A stretch of 64,000 nt of DNA from the NCBI GenBank assembly GCA_963845145.1, contig CAWJQU010000002.1, positions 576,001 to 640,000 of the forward strand. Direction: 5' to 3'. The DNA is from an uncultured delta proteobacterium (GTDB taxonomy: Bacteria; Desulfobacterota; Desulfobacteria; Desulfobacterales; QNYZ01). The notes under the pieces were generated by a model, which saw nothing but the letters and a program-made list of their open reading frames with translations, did not search any database and was not told the origin of the DNA. Positions within the stretch are counted from its first letter, which is position 1; every line of letters begins with the position of its first letter. The position numbers and the translations under genes were made by a program. Positions 1 to 7,920 of the stretch are shown piece after piece.

Positions 1-848
1 AGTACAAAGCCATTCTGGATAATTCCGATTTGGTGGAACCGGAGCATGTTCGTGAAGCCCTTGAAGAGCATTTAAGCCTTGAAGGGGCCATCTATCGGGA
101 AGTTGTCGAACACAAAAAAGATTTAAAAAAGTATATAGGGGCCATGACCGACAACATCGGATATGTCGTGGGCCTGGCCGTCATTCAATCCAGGTCAAGC
201 GGGCGGATGGTCGGCCAACCCCTTCCGATCCATTGTCAGATCAATGCCGGAACATCCGATACGGTTGTGGCACCAGGTAAAATAGGGGATATCGCCAAAG
301 CGGCCTCTCAAAATGTCCGGGCATCCATAAAAAAAGTCCTCAACAAAATAGGCGCGCCCTATGTCGGGTATGAAATGCACGTGGAGTATATTCAAGCCCA
401 TGACGGTGTTGAGGGCGACAGCGCTTCGGTTGCCATCGATATTGCGCTTATTTCCGACTACATTAAACAATCGGTAAACCAGAAATATGGCGTCACCGGA
501 TCACTTACAGGCGATATCATGCTGGCCGTAGGCGGCGTAACGGAAAAACTGAGATCAATCATGGACACAACCCTGGGTATGGAGGGCGCCTGCATCCCCT
601 GGCAAAATAAATATGATATCGAACCGCTCATCATCAATATGGAACATGAATATATCCAAACTGATAACATCCCCGGAATCAGGATCTTTAGGACCGAAAA
701 AAGAAAAGATCCGTTCGATATCTACTGCTGCAAAACAAAATATCATGCCTATCGAATTCTAATGGGTTTAGGTAAAGAAGAAGTAGAGCAACGCATGGCA
801 GAAAGAAGCAGAAAAGATGCCACTTTTATCAAAGGAGAGATCGTATGA
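1..848 (+). CDS. Lon-type (peptidase S16, LonB-like) ATP-dependent protease, C-terminal proteolytic domain; 5'-truncated by window edge
   Basis: Frame is open from nt 3. Contains the Lon Ser-Lys dyad motifs 'VEGDSASVAI' and 'AVGGVTEK', plus 'GVTGSLTG'. Confidence 0.85.
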   Translation, partial: YKAILDNSDLVEPEHVREALEEHLSLEGAIYREVVEHKKDLKKYIGAMTDNIGYVVGLAVIQSRSSGRMVGQPLPIHCQINAGTSDTVVAPGKIGDIAKAASQNVRASIKKVLNKIGAPYVGYEMHVEYIQAHDGVEGDSASVAIDIALISDYIKQSVNQKYGVTGSLTGDIMLAVGGVTEKLRSIMDTTLGMEGACIPWQNKYDIEPLIINMEHEYIQTDNIPGIRIFRTEKRKDPFDIYCCKTKYHAYRILMGLGKEEVEQRMAERSRKDATFIKGEIV

Positions 849-1576
849 CCGTTGAATCATTTTGTAAAAAACAGGAAGAGGCCTTCAATAGCAATCTGAC
901 AGACAAGATCAAAAATAGTGCGCCATTTTTGCCGGTGATAACCATTTCAGGAGAGCCCGGTAGCGGTGGCGCTATCATTGCAGAGAGCATCGCCCAGCGC
1001 ATGGAATATCGATTGTACGCAAAAAATATACTCACCGCCATGGCCAATAAAGCAGATGTCAAAGAGGCCATGTTAGAGGAGATTGAAAAAAGACGCCCCT
1101 CGGAGATTGAAGACTTTATCCGGTCGATCCTCCCCAAGGATGGATATGTCTACAAAGGCGACTATTTCGAAAACTTAAAAGAAACGGTTTCCAATCTTGC
1201 GATGATCGGCAAAGCCGTTTTTGTCGGACGCGGCGCCAATTTTATCATTCCAAAGGAAAAACGGTTTGCCCTTCGCGTCGTTGCGCCTTTGGATAACCGA
1301 ATTAAAAATATCGCATCGTTTTATGATTGTCCTTTAGAGGAGGCCGAAAATCGAATCACGAACCGGGAGTCGAAACGAAAAACATTTATAAAAAATAACT
1401 TCCGAGAAGATATCGATGATCATATTCACTATGATCTTACGCTGAACACCGAACGTATGGATCTATTAACCTGCACGGAAATCGTGATCGGTGCAATCAG
1501 AGGCTCCCAGGCGAACCGGGTTTTTGAGAATGCCGGTTCTAACTTTATGCCATCCAAGGCACAATCCGAAGGGTAA
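845..1576 (+). CDS. Cytidylate kinase-like family protein
   Basis: 'VITISGEPGSGGAIIAESIA' P-loop variant, 'VFVGRGANFI' and 'YDLTLNT'. ATGA overlap with the upstream gene. Confidence 0.8.
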   Translation: MTVESFCKKQEEAFNSNLTDKIKNSAPFLPVITISGEPGSGGAIIAESIAQRMEYRLYAKNILTAMANKADVKEAMLEEIEKRRPSEIEDFIRSILPKDGYVYKGDYFENLKETVSNLAMIGKAVFVGRGANFIIPKEKRFALRVVAPLDNRIKNIASFYDCPLEEAENRITNRESKRKTFIKNNFREDIDDHIHYDLTLNTERMDLLTCTEIVIGAIRGSQANRVFENAGSNFMPSKAQSEG

Positions 1577-1648
1577 TTCGAAGGACGGGAGATGGCCTTT
1601 TCGCCTTAACTCCCGAACAACTCCGGGGCTGTCGTTGAAACCAAAAGA

Positions 1649-2860
1649 TCAGATGCGTTCATCAATTGGAGCCACTTCCACCGGTGCGTGCGTTCCCTCG
1701 AAGTTGGCCGACGATAACAGCAGATAAATCACACATCCGGCCATTAAAATGCCGCCCAGGGGAAAGGCGTAGCGAAGAGAGAAAATGTCCATCATCAAGC
1801 CGGCCGAAAGAGATCCGACCAGCATGCCTAAACTGTGGGCCACGGTTAAAATGGCCATGACCGACCCCATGGCTTCCGTATCATTCCCTTTGGCCACAGC
1901 AATGGCCATGACGGCGGGCATGGAGATCCCACCACCAATCCCGAAGATAAGGCTGGCGGTAAACAGGCCCCAGAACCCTTTAACCCAAATAAAAGAGAGC
2001 ACCGCGCCCGCCACAAGGAGACCACCGAGAATCATCATTTTGCGCCGATCGATGCGATCGGACAGGTATCCCATGGGAACATGAAGCAGTCCACTGACCA
2101 ACACCCCCTCCATAACCAAAAAGCCGATAACGGTGCTGGACAAGGACATTTCAGAAGCCGCCAGTACGGGCAAAAATCCCCAGATGATACCGATGCAGGC
2201 GGTGTAGGCCAGCCGGAAGTAAAAAAGCGCGGCAATTGTTTGGTCTTTTAAGAGCACGCCCCAGGCCATGGGGCTTTTCACCTTGGCATTAATCCGTTCT
2301 TCCTGGGTGGGGGGCAATAGAAAAAGACAGAGAAGGCATGCGCCCAAAGATAGTACACCCATATAAATAAACGTGACGGAAAGGCTAAAACGATCGTTAA
2401 TCATGCCGCCCATTAACGGCCCGATACTCAAACCGATAAACATCGACATGTTGAACAGTCCCATGACGAAACCTTCTTTGCCGGCAGGTGTCACATCACC
2501 CACATACGCCTGGGCCACCGGCATAATCATGGCCGATGCCAATCCCTGGAAAAAACGGATAAAAATCAACATCTCGATCGAATCGGAGAAGCTGAAAGCC
2601 ACGGAAATCAGGGCATAGGAAAACAAGCCGGCAATAAGAAACGGCTTTCTGCCTTTTTTATCGGAAAGTCGGCCGAAATAGGGTAGGAAAAAGGTGCGTG
2701 CCAACGAAAACGACCCGAATATCATCCCAATCGCAAAACCCCCAGCACCAAGGGTATGGGCATACACAGGTAGCAACGGGACAACGATCCCCACCCCGGT
2801 GACAGTGGCAAAAATGGCAAAGAAAAGGACGATGAAGATTTTTTTGTCAATGGATGGCAT
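1649..2860 (-). CDS. MFS transporter (DHA1/TetA-like)
   Basis: About 12 hydrophobic segments and MFS motif A 'GRLSDKKGRK'/'GYLSDRIDRR'. Start placed at ATG 2860 because the ORF-track extension to 2908 runs through the octamer repeat. Confidence 0.9.
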   Translation of the reverse strand: MPSIDKKIFIVLFFAIFATVTGVGIVVPLLPVYAHTLGAGGFAIGMIFGSFSLARTFFLPYFGRLSDKKGRKPFLIAGLFSYALISVAFSFSDSIEMLIFIRFFQGLASAMIMPVAQAYVGDVTPAGKEGFVMGLFNMSMFIGLSIGPLMGGMINDRFSLSVTFIYMGVLSLGACLLCLFLLPPTQEERINAKVKSPMAWGVLLKDQTIAALFYFRLAYTACIGIIWGFLPVLAASEMSLSSTVIGFLVMEGVLVSGLLHVPMGYLSDRIDRRKMMILGGLLVAGAVLSFIWVKGFWGLFTASLIFGIGGGISMPAVMAIAVAKGNDTEAMGSVMAILTVAHSLGMLVGSLSAGLMMDIFSLRYAFPLGGILMAGCVIYLLLSSANFEGTHAPVEVAPIDERI

Positions 2861-2864
2861 TAGA

Positions 2865-2959
2865 TTCCGTTGGCCGGTTTGCCCGTTTGCCGGTTTACCG
2901 GTTTGCACGTGTGCCGGTTGCCGGTTTGCCGGTTTGCCCGTGTGCCGGTTTGCCGGTGG
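2865..2959. repeat. Tandem octamer array, GCCGGTTT type, about 12 units
   Basis: gccggttt/gcccgttt/accggttt/gcccgtgt units read directly from the sequence; abuts the MFS start codon. Confidence 0.95.
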
Positions 2960-2999
2960 ATCAGTTAAGTAGCGGGCTTGTGGAACACGATTCGTCTGT

Positions 3000-3043
3000 T
3001 ATTAAAATAAGGGCGATACCTATATCGCCCTTATATTTTAATA
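3000..3043. terminator. Hairpin, probable intrinsic terminator after PMM/PGM
   Basis: Perfect 12-bp stem ataagggcgata (3007-3018) / tatcgcccttat (3023-3034) with AT-rich extensions. Confidence 0.7.
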
Positions 3044-3060
3044 GCCGTATTTAGCTGGTT

Positions 3061-4410
3061 TTAAGACTTTTGGATTTCGGCCAGGGTACCTTCTACCAGG
3101 GAACGGATCTCATTGAGCCGATCTTCGGTCAGGGCTTCAAACCGGAGCACCAGGGCCGGTTGCGTGTTGGAGGCGCGCACCAGGCCCCAGCCGTCATCAA
3201 AAATGACCCGCATGCCGTCAATATCGATTACTTCATAGCTCTTTTTAAAATGGGCCGTCACCTTTTCCACAACATCAAATTTTATATCGTCCGGGCATTC
3301 CACCCGAATCTCCGGTGTTGTGAAGGTGCGCGGTACATCCGCCAAGAGGGCCGATAACGGTTGATCCGTTCGGGATAGTATTTCCAAAAGGCGTAAAGAG
3401 GCGTAAGTCGCATCATCATACCCGAAGTAGCGGTCGGCAAAAAACATGTGGCCACTCATCTCTCCGGCCAGGGCGGCATCTTCTTCTTTCATCTTCTTTT
3501 TAATCAGGGAGTGGCCGGTCTTCCACATGATTGCCCGTCCACCGTTTTTTTCAATATCATCATACAAGGTCTGGGAACATTTGACCTCGGAGATAAATGT
3601 GGCCCCTGGCTTTCGGGAGAGCACCTCGCGGGCGAAGAGAATCAACAGTTTATCGCCGTAAATGATCTGACCCTTCTCATCAACAACACCTATCCGATCA
3701 CCATCCCCATCGTATCCGATTCCCAGATCGAGTTTTTTTTCTTTCACCAACGCGATCAAATCCGTCAGGTTTTTTAATACGGTGGGATCTGCTTCATGGT
3801 TGGGAAAGGTGCCATCCATCTCGCAATAGATATCATGCACCTCACACCCATGGTGGCGTATGGCGGGGACGGCCACCACCCCGGCCGTACCGTTGCCGGC
3901 ATCCACACCCAGCCGTATCGGTTTTTCAATCCGAATGTTCTCGTTTAGAAAAGCACGGTAGGGGGTAACGGCATCAGCGGTCGCTCGTTGACCCGAGCCA
4001 TCGGCGAACTCACTGCGTTCAATGATTTGCCGAATCGTCTGAATCTGTGCCCCATGAATCGACTCAGCCCCCTTGCAAAGTTTGAAACCGTTATATTCAC
4101 CCGGGTTGTGGCTGGCAGTCACCATCACGCCACCATCCATCTTAAAATGCTGAATAGAGAAGTAAAGGACCGGGGTCGGGCACACCCCGATATCCGTCAC
4201 ATCACATCCAACGGATTGCAGGCCGGCCATGACTTTTTCGGCATACGCATCGGACGTGAGGCGGCAATCCCGCCCAACCGTCACCTTATGACAGTCGTGC
4301 TTGCGAAGATAGGTCCCGATCCCCTGTCCTATTCGCATCACATCTTCTTCGTCCATATCCTTCCCGGCAATTCCTCGAATATCGTACTCCCTGAACATTT
4401 GCGGATTCAT
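3061..4410 (-). CDS. Phosphomannomutase/phosphoglucomutase (AlgC-like)
   Basis: 'FREYDIRG', phospho-Ser loop 'VTASHNP', metal loop 'DGDGDR', sugar loop 'GEMSGH'. Start at ATG 4410 (MNPQMF). Confidence 0.95.
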   Translation of the reverse strand: MNPQMFREYDIRGIAGKDMDEEDVMRIGQGIGTYLRKHDCHKVTVGRDCRLTSDAYAEKVMAGLQSVGCDVTDIGVCPTPVLYFSIQHFKMDGGVMVTASHNPGEYNGFKLCKGAESIHGAQIQTIRQIIERSEFADGSGQRATADAVTPYRAFLNENIRIEKPIRLGVDAGNGTAGVVAVPAIRHHGCEVHDIYCEMDGTFPNHEADPTVLKNLTDLIALVKEKKLDLGIGYDGDGDRIGVVDEKGQIIYGDKLLILFAREVLSRKPGATFISEVKCSQTLYDDIEKNGGRAIMWKTGHSLIKKKMKEEDAALAGEMSGHMFFADRYFGYDDATYASLRLLEILSRTDQPLSALLADVPRTFTTPEIRVECPDDIKFDVVEKVTAHFKKSYEVIDIDGMRVIFDDGWGLVRASNTQPALVLRFEALTEDRLNEIRSLVEGTLAEIQKS

Positions 4411-4424
4411 ATCACAGCTCCAAT

Positions 4425-5261
4425 TTAAGTTCCTAAAAACAAAGCGAATACACCAACGATCCAGCAATAGGGTGAAAAAAGGTAAAGTTTACCCTTTTTT
4501 ACAATATAGACCAACATTTTTAACGAAAGATAACCCACCACCGCTGCGGATAGAATACCGGCGACAATAATCGAGACGGGAAATTCACCACCCCGGGACA
4601 CATCCCTTGCCGCTAGTAACGCTGCCCCCCCAATGGCGGGAATCGATAGTAAAAAGGCATATCGGGCAGCCAGATCACGTTTTAAACCGAGAAACAGGCC
4701 CACTGCGATGGTAGATCCCGAACGGGAGATGCCGGGTAAAATCGCCAGGCCCTGCACCAATCCCACTATCAATGCCTTTCCGACCGAAAAATGCCCCACC
4801 CCATGATCGGTTTTTTTTACCCTGCGGGTCAACCAAAGGACCGTTCCGGTGACCAGCAACATCAACCCCACCATCCGAACGGATGAAAAAAGTTGATCGG
4901 CAATCTGATGAAAACCGATCCCGATCAGGGCGGTGGGAACCGATCCCAATACAATCAGGAGGGCCATCCTCACTTCCGGATCGGCCCATGCATCCGACAG
5001 GGCTGCGTCGCCTTTCAATAAACGCCGAGTCATATTGAACAAAGCACAAATAATGCCCGCCAACTCCTTTTTAAAGTAAATGACGACAGCCATCAGCGTA
5101 CCCACATGCACGGCAATATCAAAGACCAACTCGGGTTCTTTTAACCCAAACAGGTGCTGAAAAATAACCAAATGCCCGGAAGAACTGACCGGTAGAAATT
5201 CGGTCAATCCCTGGACGATACCTAAAATAATGGCTTGAATTAAATCCAAATAAATCTCCAA
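4425..5261 (-). CDS. uppP: Undecaprenyl-diphosphate phosphatase
   Basis: 'GIVQGLTEFLPVSSSGH' and 'PGISRSGSTI' BacA motifs. True start may be TTG 5249 (GGAG RBS 6 nt upstream). Confidence 0.95.
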   Translation of the reverse strand: MEIYLDLIQAIILGIVQGLTEFLPVSSSGHLVIFQHLFGLKEPELVFDIAVHVGTLMAVVIYFKKELAGIICALFNMTRRLLKGDAALSDAWADPEVRMALLIVLGSVPTALIGIGFHQIADQLFSSVRMVGLMLLVTGTVLWLTRRVKKTDHGVGHFSVGKALIVGLVQGLAILPGISRSGSTIAVGLFLGLKRDLAARYAFLLSIPAIGGAALLAARDVSRGGEFPVSIIVAGILSAAVVGYLSLKMLVYIVKKGKLYLFSPYCWIVGVFALFLGT

Positions 5262-5267
5262 GAGAAT

Positions 5268-5382
5268 AGCTGATGAGCTGATAAGCTGATAAGCTGGTAA
5301 GCCGGTGATGAGCTATTGAGCTGATGAGCTGATAAGCTGGTGAGCTGATAAGCTGGTGAGCTGGTGCGTTGGTACGCAGTTA
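5268..5382. repeat. Tandem octamer array, AGCTGRTR type, about 12 units plus 2 degenerate; left arm of inverted pair
   Basis: agctgatg/agctgata/agctggtg units; includes hybrid unit agccggtg. Confidence 0.95.
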
Positions 5383-5417
5383 AATGATGGCGTTGATATT
5401 GATTTATTGAGTGCATG

Positions 5418-5792
5418 TCATCTCATCGATTTAATGAGTGAATTTAACATCTTTGCTATTTCTTCAGCATTTCGGATATATGGTTCGATCTTTTTACGGG
5501 TAATCCAGTCAAGTTTTTGAAAAATAAATAAAAGCGTTACCGTTTCAAAAAGCGATCCTCTGGCAATGTATAGATATTGAATAAACTCTTTTGTAGTCTG
5601 TCGTCCTTTACCTTCGGCAATGTTCATTGCCACACTGGTCGCTGCGGATTCTAATTGTTCTACTAGCCGGTAGTGCTTACGGTCAGTATTCAGTTCGCCA
5701 ACCATGCGGATGACATCTTCAGCAAAAACGATGCCCTTTTGCCACACTTTTAATTTCTGGAAACTAAAAATTGAATGAGAATCCTTTTCCAA
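5418..5792 (-). CDS. Four-helix-bundle protein (23S rRNA intervening-sequence protein / TIGR02436 / Avd-like fold)
   Basis: 124 aa with family signatures 'FQKLKVWQK', 'QLESAATSVAMNIAEGKGR', 'EFIQYLYIARGSLFE' and 'KMLNSLIKS'. More AT-rich than its neighbours. Confidence 0.92.
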   Translation of the reverse strand: MEKDSHSIFSFQKLKVWQKGIVFAEDVIRMVGELNTDRKHYRLVEQLESAATSVAMNIAEGKGRQTTKEFIQYLYIARGSLFETVTLLFIFQKLDWITRKKIEPYIRNAEEIAKMLNSLIKSMR

Positions 5793-5810
5793 CGTTTTAT
5801 TCCATACCCA

Positions 5811-5887
5811 ACCGCTTACCAGCTCATCAGCTCACCAGCTTATCAGCTCATCAGCTTAAGCTTAATAGCTTAATAGCTTACTATCTC
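5811..5887. repeat. Tandem octamer array, reverse complement of the 5268-5382 array, about 8 units; right arm
   Basis: taccagct catcagct caccagct tatcagct catcagct taagct taatagct taatagct. The reverse complement of 5817-5856 matches 5319-5358 at 38/40. Confidence 0.95.
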
Positions 5888-5889
5888 AA

Positions 5890-7326
5890 TCATCCCTTCA
5901 CTACCGCAATCGGTCTCAACCTGGCAACCTTACGGGATATCCCGGCCCGATGGACCACATCGACCACCTGGGAAACATCTTTGTAGGCATCGGGCATCTC
6001 CTCTGCCAGGGTGGATCGCCCGGTCCAGCGCACCAGGATGCCCTTATCTTCCAATTCACGATGGATGGATCGTCCCTTGCTCGCCTTTTTGGCCGCTTTT
6101 CGACTCAATCGGCGACCCGCGCCGTGGCAAGTAGAGCCGAAAGTCTCATCCATGGCTTTTTGCGTCCCCACCATGACGTAGGATGCCGTCCCCATATCTC
6201 CGGGAATCAACGTTGGCTGGCCCATCCGTCGATAGGTCTCAGCCACCGCCGATTGATCCGGGCCGAAGGATCGGGTGGCGCCTTTGCGATGAACACAGGT
6301 CAAACGCTTTTTACCATCTACGATGTGGGTCTCTTTTTTGGCGATGTTATGACACACATCGTAAACCAGACGCATGGCAAGGTCTCGCGGTCCCATGCCG
6401 AGGGCCTTTTCAAAAACTTTGCGCGACGCGTGCAATAGAATCTGTCGGTTAGCCCAGGCGTAATTGGCCGCGCACGCCATGGCGCGCAGATAGCGTTGTC
6501 CGGGTTTCGATTGAATGGGGGCACAGACCAATTGACGATCAGGGAGGTCAATTCCGACTGTTTGCATCTCACGAGTCATTTGCCCCAAAAAATCATCACA
6601 CACCTGATGCCCAAATCCCCTGCTGCCGGAGTGAATCATCAATGTGATTTGATCCGAACGGAGCCCCATCACATCAGCCGCCGCTTCATCATAGATACGA
6701 TCGACAACCCCGACTTCTAAAAAGTGGTTCCCCGATCCGAGTGTTCCCAGCTGTTTTTTGCCCCGCGTCAACGCCCGTTCACTGATAACCGAGGGATCGG
6801 CATCAGGCAGGCAACCGCCGTCCTCGGTGTGCAATAGGTCCGTTTCATCGCCATAACCGTTGGAAACGGCCCACCGACTGCCGTTTTTTAACACCTTTTT
6901 CTCTTCAGCCGCTGAGAGTTTTACCGACCCGGTAGACCCAACGCCGCATGGAATGTTTCGGTAAAGGGCATTGATCAATTCTTCCAGCCGGGGGCGAAGG
7001 GTGGCGTGATCCAAACCCGTGGTGGCCAGCCGCACGCCACAATTAATGTCATAGCCAACCCCACCCGGCGATACCACGCCGTCTTCCCAGTCAAAGGCCG
7101 CAACCCCGCCAATGGGAAAGCCATACCCCCAGTGCATATCCGGCATGGCCAGAGAGGCTTTTAAGATCCCCGGCAAAGAGGCCACGTTGGCCACTTGTTT
7201 TAACGGCTCCTGGATGGATTCGCCTTTTACCATGGCTTCATCGGCATAGATGACACCCGGCACCTTCATCTTCCCGGTTCGGGGCACTTCCCATCGATAG
7301 TCATCTATTTTTTTTAGTCTTATCAT
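5890..7326 (-). CDS. rtcB: RNA 3'-phosphate/5'-OH ligase RtcB (long, archaeal/eukaryote-like type)
   Basis: 'MPDMHWGYGFPIGG', 'GVGYDINCG', 'GTLGSGNHFLE', 'HSGSRGFGH', 'HNIAK', 'VHRKGATR', 'STCHGAGR' and 'EEMPDAYKD'. Alternative GTG start at 7347. Confidence 0.96.
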   Translation of the reverse strand: MIRLKKIDDYRWEVPRTGKMKVPGVIYADEAMVKGESIQEPLKQVANVASLPGILKASLAMPDMHWGYGFPIGGVAAFDWEDGVVSPGGVGYDINCGVRLATTGLDHATLRPRLEELINALYRNIPCGVGSTGSVKLSAAEEKKVLKNGSRWAVSNGYGDETDLLHTEDGGCLPDADPSVISERALTRGKKQLGTLGSGNHFLEVGVVDRIYDEAAADVMGLRSDQITLMIHSGSRGFGHQVCDDFLGQMTREMQTVGIDLPDRQLVCAPIQSKPGQRYLRAMACAANYAWANRQILLHASRKVFEKALGMGPRDLAMRLVYDVCHNIAKKETHIVDGKKRLTCVHRKGATRSFGPDQSAVAETYRRMGQPTLIPGDMGTASYVMVGTQKAMDETFGSTCHGAGRRLSRKAAKKASKGRSIHRELEDKGILVRWTGRSTLAEEMPDAYKDVSQVVDVVHRAGISRKVARLRPIAVVKG

Positions 7327-7421
7327 GCCAATGCTGCTTCCCGACACTACTATTCGCTTGAAATCATACTGCCATTGAACCGCAGAATTTCGATATTCGA
7401 TTATTTTAGAAAGGCCTACAT

Positions 7422-7469
7422 CAACCGACTAACCGGTTAACGGACAAACCGGCAAACCGACCAACCAAT
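7422..7469. repeat. Tandem octamer array (AACCGGC orientation), 6 units, immediately after archease stop
   Basis: caaccgac taaccggt taacggac aaaccggc aaaccgac caaccaat. Confidence 0.85.
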
Positions 7470-7470
7470 T

Positions 7471-7920
7471 TCACACATCAAAAATAACTTCCGCCAGCCA
7501 CCCATCGTCTCCCGCTTCTACCTTTGCCTGATGGTAAGTAACCGCTTTTAGATCATGGCGAATCACATGCCGGTCAGTATCATAAGGGCTTGTTGACACC
7601 TTTGCGACAATTTTTTTGTCTGACAGAGAATCAACATCAATTCGAAAAACAAAACGTTCCCTGCCCGTCCAGAAATAGAGCAGCTCCCGAAGCCAGTTGA
7701 CCATAAGATCGACCCAATCGGCACCCGTAACGACGATAGATTCGACATGGCCCTCACTTTCGGGACACATATCACATAATAGATCAAACATCGCCAATCC
7801 GGTATGGGTGAAAAGCGCTTGGGAATCCACACCTCTCACGCGTATGCCGATATCAGCAGTGTGATCGAGCCACTCGTAGTCAATGGAATAACTTCTTGTG
7901 CCGTTCCAGTGAGGTTTCAT
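7471..7920 (-). CDS. Archease (RtcB activator)
   Basis: 'YEWLDHTADIGIRV', 'LKAVTYH' and C-terminal 'VIFDV' archease motifs; adjacent to rtcB. Confidence 0.93.
   Translation of the reverse strand: MKPHWNGTRSYSIDYEWLDHTADIGIRVRGVDSQALFTHTGLAMFDLLCDMCPESEGHVESIVVTGADWVDLMVNWLRELLYFWTGRERFVFRIDVDSLSDKKIVAKVSTSPYDTDRHVIRHDLKAVTYHQAKVEAGDDGWLAEVIFDV

Noticed and set aside
2694..3054. Short ORFs and the MFS N-terminal extension running through the repeat (also 5771-5986, 10047-10238, 11272-11566)
   Set aside because: These are low-complexity translations of stop-poor octamer arrays with no protein-family features.
5418..5792. Diversity-generating retroelement (Avd-like gene) or an rRNA intervening sequence
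   Set aside because: No reverse transcriptase, no TR/VR pair and no rRNA sequence were seen; the flanks are protein-coding genes.
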